Shown: positions 55,335-64,000 of the stretch, piece by piece
Numbering within the stretch: the stretch's first letter is position 1
Layout of the letters: every line of letters begins with the position of its first letter
Source: a virus
DNA length: 64,000 nucleotides
Strand: one strand, 5' to 3'
Virus record (IMG/VR): IMGVR_UViG_3300029624_000178
Location: 3,608 to 67,607 of that record
Notes under the pieces: generated by a model
Told to the model about the DNA's origin: nothing
The model's database searches: none
The model's input: the letters and a program-made list of their open reading frames with translations, nothing else
Translations under genes and position numbers: made by a program

Positions 55335-56307
55335 CGCGCTGCTCCTCCAGCAGTTCCTCGACCCGCAGCCGGCAAACCCCGCCTTTCGCTTCGATCAGCG
55401 CCTTCCAGTCCTTGTGCCCCTTGAAAATGTCGCGCAGTCGGCTGGTGGTCTCGAACTCGAGATCGGCGAACATGGCCGCCGAGCTGACGCTCGGCTCGCC
55501 CCTCTCCCAAGCGTTGAAGAGATACTCCACGATCTGCCGGTGCTTGTCTCCGTTGAACCTGAACTCCCTGTCGCCGACCCAGACGTGACGAAATCCGGAA
55601 GCATGGCGCACCGGATCGCCCCCGCTCGACACGGCGCCGGTGGTCAGCTGCGCGGCGAGGTATGACGGCTCGAACACGAGCCCGATATCGTGATCATCGA
55701 CATTCCGGATTTCGATGATGTCGTGGCGGCTGAGCTCCTCGCGCCGCAACTGCGCCGTGGCCGACGTGGTGATGACCACCCGGAAGTCCGACGGCGGCCG
55801 CCCCGCCAAATAGGCCACGACTTGCCTCCAGACTTCGGCGTCTCCGAGCCGACGCGCGAACCAGATCGGCACCCGGCCGTTGCGCCCGGGCAACCGGGCA
55901 TCGCCGATTTCCCACAGCACACCGCTGATCCGTTCCTTAGGGCGAGCCGTGCCCGGCAGATCGAGGCGATTCTCGAGGCGCCCGATTACGACCTCCATGT
56001 CGACATGGAACTGCTGGAGCCGTTCGGCCGGCACGGCGACCCACCCGGCGGCCGGGCTGAAGTAGCCATAGCCTCCGTGCTCCGGAGACCAAGTCAGGCT
56101 CACGGGCTCGTCGTCATGGTCGACGGCTGACACCGCGACCGGATCATGTGTATCCGCCTTCAGCACGCCGGCCTCGATCAAGCTCTGTCCCGCCCGTCGG
56201 TGATAGTCGAAGAGGACGGCGGCCGAAATCCGACAACCTGACGCCTCCACAACGTCGCGGCAGAGCGCGGCGGCCTGCTCGTCAATCCGTTTGAGCGATC
56301 GCGTCAT
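55321..56307 (-). CDS. Hypothetical protein with possible C-terminal winged-helix domain
   Basis: 328-aa ORF; C-terminus RQIVEYLFNAW..RLRDIFK...W..LI..GG.CRL looks like a wHTH. Confidence 0.75.
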   Translation of the reverse strand: MTRSLKRIDEQAAALCRDVVEASGCRISAAVLFDYHRRAGQSLIEAGVLKADTHDPVAVSAVDHDDEPVSLTWSPEHGGYGYFSPAAGWVAVPAERLQQFHVDMEVVIGRLENRLDLPGTARPKERISGVLWEIGDARLPGRNGRVPIWFARRLGDAEVWRQVVAYLAGRPPSDFRVVITTSATAQLRREELSRHDIIEIRNVDDHDIGLVFEPSYLAAQLTTGAVSSGGDPVRHASGFRHVWVGDREFRFNGDKHRQIVEYLFNAWERGEPSVSSAAMFADLEFETTSRLRDIFKGHKDWKALIEAKGGVCRLRVEELLEEQRANAD

Positions 56308-57469
56308 CAGCCAGGATGCCCCAGCGTCGCAGATACTTCTCGCCGATCAGCTGCTCCTCCTCGGTCTGGTCCTTGAGATTGCAGCCATGGGGCATGGTGA
56401 TCGTCAACAGCAGCGTCCGGCCCCGACGGGCTCCTGGTTTCGGATGAAACTTGATCGAGAGCTTGGCCTGCGTCGCCACCCAGCCGCCGGCGAGCGGATT
56501 GCCGGGACCAAGGCGATCCTGCGCCATGCTCCAGATCGTCCGGTCCGCCTTGCTGAGACATTCCAGCGTCACGCGTTCGCCGACGGCATCGATCGGCATA
56601 AGACGCAGCTGCCGCACTTCGACCCGCTCGATGCCATCCTCGGCGTCGGTCGGAAACGGATGCGGATTGAGCAGGACGGCGAGATCATACCGGCGGAGCG
56701 GCACCTTCTCGTCGTGAAACTCGACCCCGAGCAGGTCCCGGGCAAGGAACTGCGCCAGTTCGGCCCGGCTCTCCCGGTCATTCGCGACCACCTCGATGAC
56801 GCCGGTCGCCGGCTCATAGGTCATCGCAGCCTCGAAGACCGGGCGGTACGCCCGCCGCACCAGGCTGCCGCCGTCGTCGAAGGCGAACTGGTCGTCCGGC
56901 AGGCCTTCACGATAGACGGTGATCTGGACCAGCTCGCAGTTTTCTCCGTCGAAAGTCGGCCGCACCCGTTCGAAGATATCGACATGGACGTTATTGGAGG
57001 CGAACCGCTCTCGCAGCGAGGCCTTGAAGGCGTCGAGCGCCGTCTCGTCACGGCGGACTACACATTCGAGCTCGCAGAGAAAGCCGTCCCAGCTACGTCC
57101 CCGCCGCCGCTCGTCGGTGTACCGAACCTCCTCCGCGTGGCGGAACAGCACCGGCTCATTGAGAAACATCCAAAGCGCCCGGGCGTGGCCATTGGCCAGA
57201 TCGTCGAGACGGGAGCGGTCGTCGATGACGCTGTAGAGCGCCGTCTGGCCCGCATCGTCCGCGAGGCTCCCCACACGGTCCGCATCATTGAGCACGCGGG
57301 CACGCGCTTCCTCATCCATCTCATCGACTGCCTGCAGCAGCGGCTTGACGATCTCCTGCTCGGGCGCTTCCCAATTCACGGGCGTCGGCAGTTCGATCCC
57401 GGTGGCGTCGAAGTAGGCCTGCAGCGACGAGGCAGGCGTATTGCGGATGAAACTCGTCACTGAGGCCAT
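56282..57469 (-). CDS. Conserved hypothetical phage protein (395 aa)
   Basis: GGAGAG RBS; overlaps the downstream gene; ends PHGCNLKD..YLRRWGI. Confidence 0.8.
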   Translation of the reverse strand: MASVTSFIRNTPASSLQAYFDATGIELPTPVNWEAPEQEIVKPLLQAVDEMDEEARARVLNDADRVGSLADDAGQTALYSVIDDRSRLDDLANGHARALWMFLNEPVLFRHAEEVRYTDERRRGRSWDGFLCELECVVRRDETALDAFKASLRERFASNNVHVDIFERVRPTFDGENCELVQITVYREGLPDDQFAFDDGGSLVRRAYRPVFEAAMTYEPATGVIEVVANDRESRAELAQFLARDLLGVEFHDEKVPLRRYDLAVLLNPHPFPTDAEDGIERVEVRQLRLMPIDAVGERVTLECLSKADRTIWSMAQDRLGPGNPLAGGWVATQAKLSIKFHPKPGARRGRTLLLTITMPHGCNLKDQTEEEQLIGEKYLRRWGILADDAIAQTD

Positions 57470-57480
57470 GGTCTCTCTCC

Positions 57481-57720
57481 TCAGCCCTTGATGTTGCGGG
57501 GGTCGTTCCCGTGCGAATCGGACTGGCTGATCCGACCATCCTGGTTGTGGATCTTGAACTCCGTGCCCGCGTTGCGGCTGATCTCCCGTCCCCGATCGAC
57601 GGCCTCCCGCTTGGTGTCGAAGTGACCGCTGCTGCGATCGGCACCGCCGCGGCGGACGTCCCAACCACCGTCGGGATTGGGAACGACATGATGGGTACCA
57701 GACCCTTTACGCTGTGCCAT
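57481..57720 (-). CDS. DUF2188-family protein
   Basis: HHVVPN..GGW.V..A.R.S..F.TK.EA...GR..S..E..IH..DGRI...DSHGNDP. Confidence 0.9.
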   Translation of the reverse strand: MAQRKGSGTHHVVPNPDGGWDVRRGGADRSSGHFDTKREAVDRGREISRNAGTEFKIHNQDGRISQSDSHGNDPRNIKG

Positions 57721-57754
57721 ATCGGCCTCCTATATCGTGTTTGCGCTAAGCAAG

Positions 57755-57834
57755 GTTCGTTATCACGAACTTCTGCGCAAGATAGGGATTGCGTATATGG
57801 CGTGTCAAGGACTAGATGTATCGTAAGAACGAAC
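57755..57834. promoter_or_regulatory. Operator palindromes in the divergent repressor/early promoter region
   Basis: GTTCGT-tatc-ACGAAC (57755-57770) and TATCGT-aaga-ACGAAC (57819-57834). Confidence 0.6.
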
Positions 57835-57856
57835 TTTGATGCTTGGAGGAAATCCG

Positions 57857-58177
57857 GTGCCAACACCCTTGGGCGAGCGCGTCCGCGAACAGCGGCGGAA
57901 ACGCGGCTTAACTCTGGAGGGGCTTGCGGAGCGTGTGGGCTCAAGCAAGAGCTACATGTGGGAAATCGAAAACAAAGACGTTGCCCGCCCCTCGGCAGAA
58001 AAGCTGGCGCTCATCGCCACCGCTCTGGATACCACCGTTGAATACCTCCTCGCCGGAGACGGCGATCAGGAAGAGGAGAATGCCGACGACATCGCATTCT
58101 TTCGAAAATACAAAAAAATGGATGCCCCGGCGAAAGAGCGCCTTCGCAGAATCCTGGATGCGCTGGACGACGACTGA
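57857..58177 (+). CDS. XRE-family HTH repressor
   Basis: LGERVRE.R...GLTLE.LA..VGSSKSYMWEIEN..RPS..L..IA..L; GGAGG RBS, GTG start. Confidence 0.92.
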   Translation: MPTPLGERVREQRRKRGLTLEGLAERVGSSKSYMWEIENKDVARPSAEKLALIATALDTTVEYLLAGDGDQEEENADDIAFFRKYKKMDAPAKERLRRILDALDDD

Positions 58178-59109
58178 TGCCGAACGGAAGCCGGAAATCA
58201 CCTCAGAACGAAGCAAACCGTCTTTCGACCTTGCTTCGCCATGTTCTGGGTGAGGACCGATTCCCAATCGACGTCGAGGCGGTTGCCCGAGAAGTATCAA
58301 AGAATAATCCCGATCCGATCAGCAAGATCGTGGGTGGTGACCTACCCGGCTTCGAGGGAATGCTCCGTCCACACAGCAAGCGACCCGAATGGCATATCGT
58401 CTACAATGAGGATCCCCGCTACCAAGGTCGGGTTCGTTTCACGATCGCGCGCGAGTTTGGCCATTATCAGCTGCATCGGCCGCCCTTGACCGACGGCGAC
58501 TACGCGAACGGATCCCTCCAGCTCGACACGGGCTTCCACTGCAAACCGCTGCGTTCAAATGCCTGGCAGGAAGCGGAACGGCAGCGAGAGGAGGAGGCCG
58601 ACACCTTCGCGTCCTTTCTCTTGATGCCGCTCGATGATTACCGGGCACAGGTGGACGGCCAGGAGATGACCGTCGACCTCTTGAACCACGTCACGGATCG
58701 CTACGGCGTCTCGCTCATCGCCGCCTGCCGGAAGTGGATCGACTTCACCGACAAGCGCGCGGCAATGGTCATAGCGCGTGACGGCTACGCGAGGTGGGGA
58801 CGCGCTAGCAAGTCTGCCCTCAAGAGCGGGATCTTCGTTCGATCTGGGATGCCAATCCCTGACGAAGCGCTGGCAGCTATTGGCCTCGACGAGAGAGGCT
58901 TCGTATCGGACAGGCCCGTTCCACGGCCAGCAGGCGTCTGGCGCTTCAGCCGCGGATCCGAGCCAGTGCGAGAGTTGGCGATGGTGTCCGAGTTCCTCGA
59001 TATGTCGCTGACAATCCTTCAGTTCGAAGAGACCGTCGAACTCGCGGAGATCGAGGACGAAGACCCATGGGACACCTACGACCAGTTTGTTGCTGGAGAA
59101 GGATCATGA
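58177..59109 (+). CDS. ImmA/IrrE-family metallopeptidase (HExxH altered to RExxH)
   Basis: RVRFTIAREFGHY.LH, E.EAD.FAS.LLMP, YGVSL.A; coupled to the repressor. Confidence 0.88.
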   Translation: MPNGSRKSPQNEANRLSTLLRHVLGEDRFPIDVEAVAREVSKNNPDPISKIVGGDLPGFEGMLRPHSKRPEWHIVYNEDPRYQGRVRFTIAREFGHYQLHRPPLTDGDYANGSLQLDTGFHCKPLRSNAWQEAERQREEEADTFASFLLMPLDDYRAQVDGQEMTVDLLNHVTDRYGVSLIAACRKWIDFTDKRAAMVIARDGYARWGRASKSALKSGIFVRSGMPIPDEALAAIGLDERGFVSDRPVPRPAGVWRFSRGSEPVRELAMVSEFLDMSLTILQFEETVELAEIEDEDPWDTYDQFVAGEGS

Positions 59110-59197
59110 GTTCGATGTCTTTGTCGCGCCTCAAGTGCAATGGCGCGACTACTTCCAACCAGAAATTTAAGAGAACCCAAGACACCAAGATATGTGA

Positions 59198-62100
59198 ATG
59201 ACGAAAGAGCACGAATTCAAAGCATGGCTCGAACAGGGTGGCGCTCAAACGGAAGCAGGCCGCAATTCACGCGCATACGCGATCCGAACAATAGAACGGA
59301 ACCTTGCCGCGCTCGGCATGCCGTATCAGGACCTAAAGGAAGCATGGGAAGCGGACAGGCTCGAATCTCTTCGGGAGCGCCTGCGGAAAATGCGAGAAGA
59401 CGCCCGCGACGGTGGGCAGGATTACCGAATCCTGATGCCGGACTCCGAGAATCCTCACAACAGGCTCTCCAACTGGGGCAGCTGGTTGGGCCAATTTGGC
59501 CGGTTTCTCGCGGGCGACCCTCCGGGAGCTGCGAAAGATGCTGACCGGATACGGCAATACGTCCTTGAGCATTACATTGAGCCCGCGCGGGACGAAGGTC
59601 GGGACCACGTCGAAGTGTTGGTCCGCGATGTGAACGAGGCTCTCGGCCTCAAGGACGCGTGGCCCAACATCTGTCAATCACTTGGCGGGCGTATGTTTCA
59701 GGACATGGCGCAGATCCCTGAACCGGAGAGGATCGGAGCCGACCAAAGCTCTGCCACTGTTTTTCGCTTTGAACTCAATGAAACAGCCACGTCCGGCGAC
59801 GAGCGACCGTTTGTACTGTTCGATGCGACAGATGCACCTTTCCAGCCGGTCAGGAACTTTAACCGTACCACCGGTGTCTCGGCCTTTCGGATCAAGCCAC
59901 GAGGTGCCGGCAACAAGGCGGACGAGGCGATCGAGACAGAAGACATCGTCGATGTCGCCCGTGCGATGCTCGTCGACGGCTTGGCATCGAGGGTCAAGGC
60001 GATCGCGGGTGGGCCGGTAAACTATCTGACCTACGGAGGCGATAAGCTCGTTCGGTATGAACTCGCTCCCGAAATCGCTCAAGCGATTGGCGTTCCACCA
60101 AGAGGTGGCATCAGCCAATTGGCGCTTGAGAAACTACGCGAACGGTTCGTCGCACTTTGCCCTGACTTTCGGAGTTTCGTCGAGCCTGGCAACGGCTGGG
60201 CCAAGAAGGAGAAAGCCTACAAGGTCGCGGCAATCGACCGAGTCCGGTCGGCACTTGCTGAAGAAGCAACTGACGAGATCCTTGGCAAGAACGTCTTTGA
60301 GATACTGAAGACAGCCGCGAAGGATGGCCCTCTTGTCAGGTGGCAGACCGAGGACGCAATCGCCAAGAATGCCGCCAACCTGCTAACGGAATTCCACGCG
60401 ATCATTGGTCGGCTGGTTCGATCCGAGGAGCCGACTGAGGTTGCTATCGCAACTGCATATGACGCTCTCGACGCGCTGCGCGGCCGTGGAGCTACATCGC
60501 TTACCTACGGTGAGCGGATCAATATTCTGTCTTCGGCATTGGCCATGGTGCGACCAAGCGAAATGGCCCCACTCAAAATCACTCGGATCAACGAGGCTTG
60601 GGAAGCGCTGACCGGTGAAAAATTGTTCGTCGAAGCCAAGGCAGATATCGCGACGGACTACCGACGCCTCGCCGACGGCTTTGCAAAAATATTCGCCATC
60701 ATGCGCGACGCATGGCTGTGGGAACCGCAGGATTGGCTGGACATCCAGGGATTCCTTTGGATCGCCAACGATAAGACAGTCACAGCACCGGCGGACACAG
60801 ACGAAGCCGCTGACGAGAGTGAACGCCTGGAGAAGCCGATGTCGATTTCGTCCGTTAACCTAATTCTTTACGGCCCGCCTGGGACAGGAAAGACATTCTC
60901 CACTGCAGCAGAGGCGGTGCGGTTGTGCGGCGAGATGGTCCCGGAAGATCGCGCCGAGCTCATGACAGCCTACCAACGGCTTTTGGCGGCCGGGCGCATC
61001 GAGTTCGTCACCTTCCACCAGTCGATGAGCTACGAGGAGTTTGTCGAGGGCCTGCGACCGGAGACACAGGGCGCAGAGGGCCAAGAGCTGGACGCCGACG
61101 AACTAGATACCGCCGGTTTCCGCCTCAAGGTCGAGGATGGCATTTTCAAGCGGATCTGCGAACGGGCTCGCTTGGACCCAGGCGAAGATTCGGGCGATGG
61201 CCGGCTGGATCGCACGCGTCCAATCTTCAAGGTCGCCCTCGGAAGACGGCTCCAGGAAGAAGAGCAAATCAAGGATGCCCTTGATGCAAACGAAATCCGC
61301 CATGGCTGGGGAGGAGAGATTGATTGGTCAGATGAGCAGTTTGAAGACTGGGCGGAAATCAAGGCCGAGTTGGAACGCCAGACTGGCAAGGAAGTCAGCG
61401 GCCATGCTGGCGAGCTCGTCTGCACGTTTTCATTTCGCTCGGATATGCAGGTAGGTGACTACGTCGTCGTTTCAGATGGGCGTGACAGAATGCGCGCCTT
61501 TGGAACGATCACGAGCAATTACTTCTTTGAGGCTGGTGCCGAACGGCATCCCCACCGCCGGAAGGTCGAATGGCTCTGGCGCGATGACCAAGGAACGGAG
61601 CGCGCGAGATTTTATCCCAATGGTTTCCGACAACACACGGTCTACAAATTGAATGGCACTCTGGTCGACTGGGATGGCTTGGAGAGTATTGTTTTCGGCG
61701 TGGACAGATCGATCCCCGCGGAAAGCGCTCGCCCTCACGTCCTCATCATCGATGAAATCAACCGGGCGAACATCTCTAAGGTCTTCGGCGAACTCATCAC
61801 GCTTCTAGAGCCCGACAAGAGGCTGCGGGCTGAAAACGAGATACGGCTCACGCTGTCCTATTCCAAGCGTCTTTTCGGTGTGCCGGCAAACCTCCATGTA
61901 ATTGGCACAATGAACACCGCCGACCGTTCGATCGCGCTACTCGACACCGCACTCAGGCGCCGCTTCACCTTCCGCGAGATGATGCCAGATGCATCCGTCC
62001 TCGAAGAAGCTGCCCAAAAATGCGGAATCGACCTGCCGCAAGTTCTTTCCACGATCAACGAGCGGATCGAGTACCTCTACGACCGAGAACATCAAATCGG

Positions 62101-62386
62101 TCATGCCTATTTCACTGCGTGTAGTTCCCGAGATGATGTCGACGAGGTCATGCGCCACAAGGTCATCCCGCTCTTAGCAGAAAATTTCTTCGAAGACTGG
62201 GCCAAGATCGCAGCGGTGCTCGGCGATTTGGAGTCGCACGAGGGCTCGATCACCGGCGGCTTTCTCAAGCGCTCGATCCTGAAACCACCTCCAGGTCTTG
62301 AGGATGGTGACGCGGTTCCCCGGTTTCGTTGGGAACTGCGCTCGGAAGTTGAAGGCTTCGACTACGGGAAGTTGGCCAGTCCATGA
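59198..62386 (+). CDS. mcrB: McrB-like AAA+ GTPase with extended N-terminus and inserted PUA/EVE-like domain
   Basis: ILYGPPGTGKT, FVTFHQSMSYEEFVEG, IIDEINRANISKVFGE, GTMNTADRS..LRRRF, IGHAYF. Confidence 0.92.
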   Translation: MTKEHEFKAWLEQGGAQTEAGRNSRAYAIRTIERNLAALGMPYQDLKEAWEADRLESLRERLRKMREDARDGGQDYRILMPDSENPHNRLSNWGSWLGQFGRFLAGDPPGAAKDADRIRQYVLEHYIEPARDEGRDHVEVLVRDVNEALGLKDAWPNICQSLGGRMFQDMAQIPEPERIGADQSSATVFRFELNETATSGDERPFVLFDATDAPFQPVRNFNRTTGVSAFRIKPRGAGNKADEAIETEDIVDVARAMLVDGLASRVKAIAGGPVNYLTYGGDKLVRYELAPEIAQAIGVPPRGGISQLALEKLRERFVALCPDFRSFVEPGNGWAKKEKAYKVAAIDRVRSALAEEATDEILGKNVFEILKTAAKDGPLVRWQTEDAIAKNAANLLTEFHAIIGRLVRSEEPTEVAIATAYDALDALRGRGATSLTYGERINILSSALAMVRPSEMAPLKITRINEAWEALTGEKLFVEAKADIATDYRRLADGFAKIFAIMRDAWLWEPQDWLDIQGFLWIANDKTVTAPADTDEAADESERLEKPMSISSVNLILYGPPGTGKTFSTAAEAVRLCGEMVPEDRAELMTAYQRLLAAGRIEFVTFHQSMSYEEFVEGLRPETQGAEGQELDADELDTAGFRLKVEDGIFKRICERARLDPGEDSGDGRLDRTRPIFKVALGRRLQEEEQIKDALDANEIRHGWGGEIDWSDEQFEDWAEIKAELERQTGKEVSGHAGELVCTFSFRSDMQVGDYVVVSDGRDRMRAFGTITSNYFFEAGAERHPHRRKVEWLWRDDQGTERARFYPNGFRQHTVYKLNGTLVDWDGLESIVFGVDRSIPAESARPHVLIIDEINRANISKVFGELITLLEPDKRLRAENEIRLTLSYSKRLFGVPANLHVIGTMNTADRSIALLDTALRRRFTFREMMPDASVLEEAAQKCGIDLPQVLSTINERIEYLYDREHQIGHAYFTACSSRDDVDEVMRHKVIPLLAENFFEDWAKIAAVLGDLESHEGSITGGFLKRSILKPPPGLEDGDAVPRFRWELRSEVEGFDYGKLASP

Positions 62387-63729
62387 TCCGCCGCACGATC
62401 CGCGAATGGGAGCGTATCGGCTACGGCCCTGACAACGCCGAGATCCCCGAGGCGCAGGCAGACCGCATTGCCGCGGTCGCGCGAGCCTCAGTCTTTTCCG
62501 GTCGCGGGGGTGAGGGCGTACTGGAGCACGGGCGCAAAGGGCTCCGCGCACGAGGGGTCGTTGGTGTCATTGCCACCCCAGACTGCCAGCTCGAGATTCT
62601 CCCGAAAATCGAGGGAGGAGGAGAGACCGAAGTCTCCGATGCGACCCTCCGCGATCGACTCATCCACATGCTCGCGGTGACCTACGATCTGCCAATAGAG
62701 GCCGGTACCATGACGCAGCTCGGCTGGCAGCGCGAGACAGTGCTCGAATTGCTGATCCGCCTGTTCGCCATGAAATTAACGGATGCAGTGCGCCAAGGAA
62801 GGCCGCGCCACTACCTCGAACACGAAGATGACCTGCCCGCTCTTAGGGGGCGCCTCGACGTAACACGGCAATTCTCCACGCTCGCAGTTTCTCCGCAAAA
62901 GCTTGCGTGCCGTTTCGACGCCCTTTCGCCAGACATCGCGCTGAATCAGGTGATGCGAGCAGCGGTTAGCAAGCTGTCGCGCGTGACCGCGGCGCCGGAT
63001 AACCAACGCACGCTGCGCGAATTGGCTTTCGTGTACGCCGACGTCGCCGACGTTCCCCCGATCGCGCTTCGGTGGGATCGGATTGTCCTCGATCGTACGA
63101 ACCGGCGTTGGCGGGATCTTCTGTCCCTAGCCCGTCTCTTTCTTTCAGATAGGCACCAGCAGACGAGCGCCGGGACTATCGACGGCCATGCGCTGCTCTT
63201 CGAGATGAACGTTCTATTCGAAAGGTATGTCGAACGGATCCTGTCGCGGGCCCTTGTTGGCACGGACTTCCGCCTATCATCGCAAGGGGGACACCGGGAT
63301 TGTCTCTACGAGGGAGACATAGGCCGGTTTCGGACACGTCCGGACCTCATCATCCGAAAAGGCGAGCGAATCGCACTGATCATCGACACCAAATGGAAAC
63401 GCATGACCCCTCGCATCGACGACCCTAAGCAAGGTGTCAGCCAAGCGGATGTGTACCAACTGATGGCCTACGGCAGGCTTTATGACTGTCCGACAGTCAT
63501 GTTGCTCTATCCGCACCACGCGGACTTACCTCCCGAACCAATCCGCCGATGGTATTCAATCGCGAAAACGGGCTCGAACGAAAAGCTGATCGTGGCGACG
63601 CAGGATCTCGCCGGCACACAGCGGGACCACAGAGACGCCCTACGACAGCTGGTCCTGAATTCCTTGGGTCATGAAGACGGACTGGAAGCACATGACAAGC
63701 ACGGGGAGCTGCTTTTCGAAGAGATATGA
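62383..63729 (+). CDS. mcrC: McrC-family restriction endonuclease subunit
   Basis: LEILPK, LRGRLD, FEMN.LFERYV, RPDL..IIDTKWK, ADVYQLMAY, LLYP; ATGA overlap with mcrB. Confidence 0.93.
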   Translation: MIRRTIREWERIGYGPDNAEIPEAQADRIAAVARASVFSGRGGEGVLEHGRKGLRARGVVGVIATPDCQLEILPKIEGGGETEVSDATLRDRLIHMLAVTYDLPIEAGTMTQLGWQRETVLELLIRLFAMKLTDAVRQGRPRHYLEHEDDLPALRGRLDVTRQFSTLAVSPQKLACRFDALSPDIALNQVMRAAVSKLSRVTAAPDNQRTLRELAFVYADVADVPPIALRWDRIVLDRTNRRWRDLLSLARLFLSDRHQQTSAGTIDGHALLFEMNVLFERYVERILSRALVGTDFRLSSQGGHRDCLYEGDIGRFRTRPDLIIRKGERIALIIDTKWKRMTPRIDDPKQGVSQADVYQLMAYGRLYDCPTVMLLYPHHADLPPEPIRRWYSIAKTGSNEKLIVATQDLAGTQRDHRDALRQLVLNSLGHEDGLEAHDKHGELLFEEI

Positions 63730-63746
63730 AGGACTGCGGCGCCTCT

Positions 63747-63766
63747 TGCTTCCACAGTGCTTCCAC
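63747..63766. repeat. Tandem TGCTTCCAC direct repeat, candidate integrase arm-type sites
   Basis: Two 9-mers with 11-bp period about 70 bp from the tRNA 3' end. Confidence 0.5.
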
Positions 63767-63796
63767 GAGTGCGATTGTGTGATTATCGCCAGAATC

Positions 63797-63829
63797 AAAA
63801 AGCCCGTAACTATTTGAAGTTACGGGCTT
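63797..63829 (-). terminator. Rho-independent terminator downstream of tRNA-Met
   Basis: AAGCCCGTAAC-N8-GTTACGGGCTT followed by a T-run on the minus strand. Confidence 0.8.
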
Positions 63830-63909
<80 letters not shown>

Positions 63910-63965
63910 TTGGGGAGAATGGCTGGGGATCGGCGTTTTGGGTTGTTTTGGATGCCTGTCTGGAA

Positions 63966-64000
63966 GGCCTGGCAGCGACCTACTCTCCCACGTCTTGAGA
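63966..64000 (-). rRNA. rrf: 5S rRNA, 3' end (truncated by window edge)
   Basis: Minus strand ..GTGGGAGAGTAGGTCGCTGCCAGGCC; 5S followed by tRNA-fMet is the usual alphaproteobacterial rrn end. Confidence 0.9.

Noticed and set aside
57755-57770. LexA (SOS) box
   Set aside because: The alphaproteobacterial LexA box is a GTTC-N7-GTTC direct repeat; this is a palindrome, better explained as an XRE operator.

Overview
High-GC (alphaproteobacterial-type) window almost entirely filled by one integrative, lambda-like (long non-contractile tail) prophage. It runs from a tyrosine integrase cut by the left edge to the 3' end of a tRNA-Met(CAT) gene that follows a 5S rRNA gene at the right edge (end of an rrn operon, minus strand). 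The phage backbone (minus strand, ~19-57.7 kb) has lysis, tail, head, terminase, a lambda-like cosQ/cosN site, a ParB-methylase, replication/recombination genes and an XRE/ImmA switch. Accessory cargo sits at four places: (1) a WYL-led SNF2 helicase / sacsin-like GHKL / DUF1156 methylase / DUF499 ATPase / nuclease operon whose methylase is split by a 2192-bp IS1595-family element carrying overlapping micro-ORFs; (2) a DUF488 + uncharacterised partner cassette; (3) an AbiE toxin-antitoxin pair; (4) a multidomain McrBC. The ImmA peptidase has its HExxH motif changed to RExxH. All protein family calls come from recognised motifs and gene order, not from database searches.
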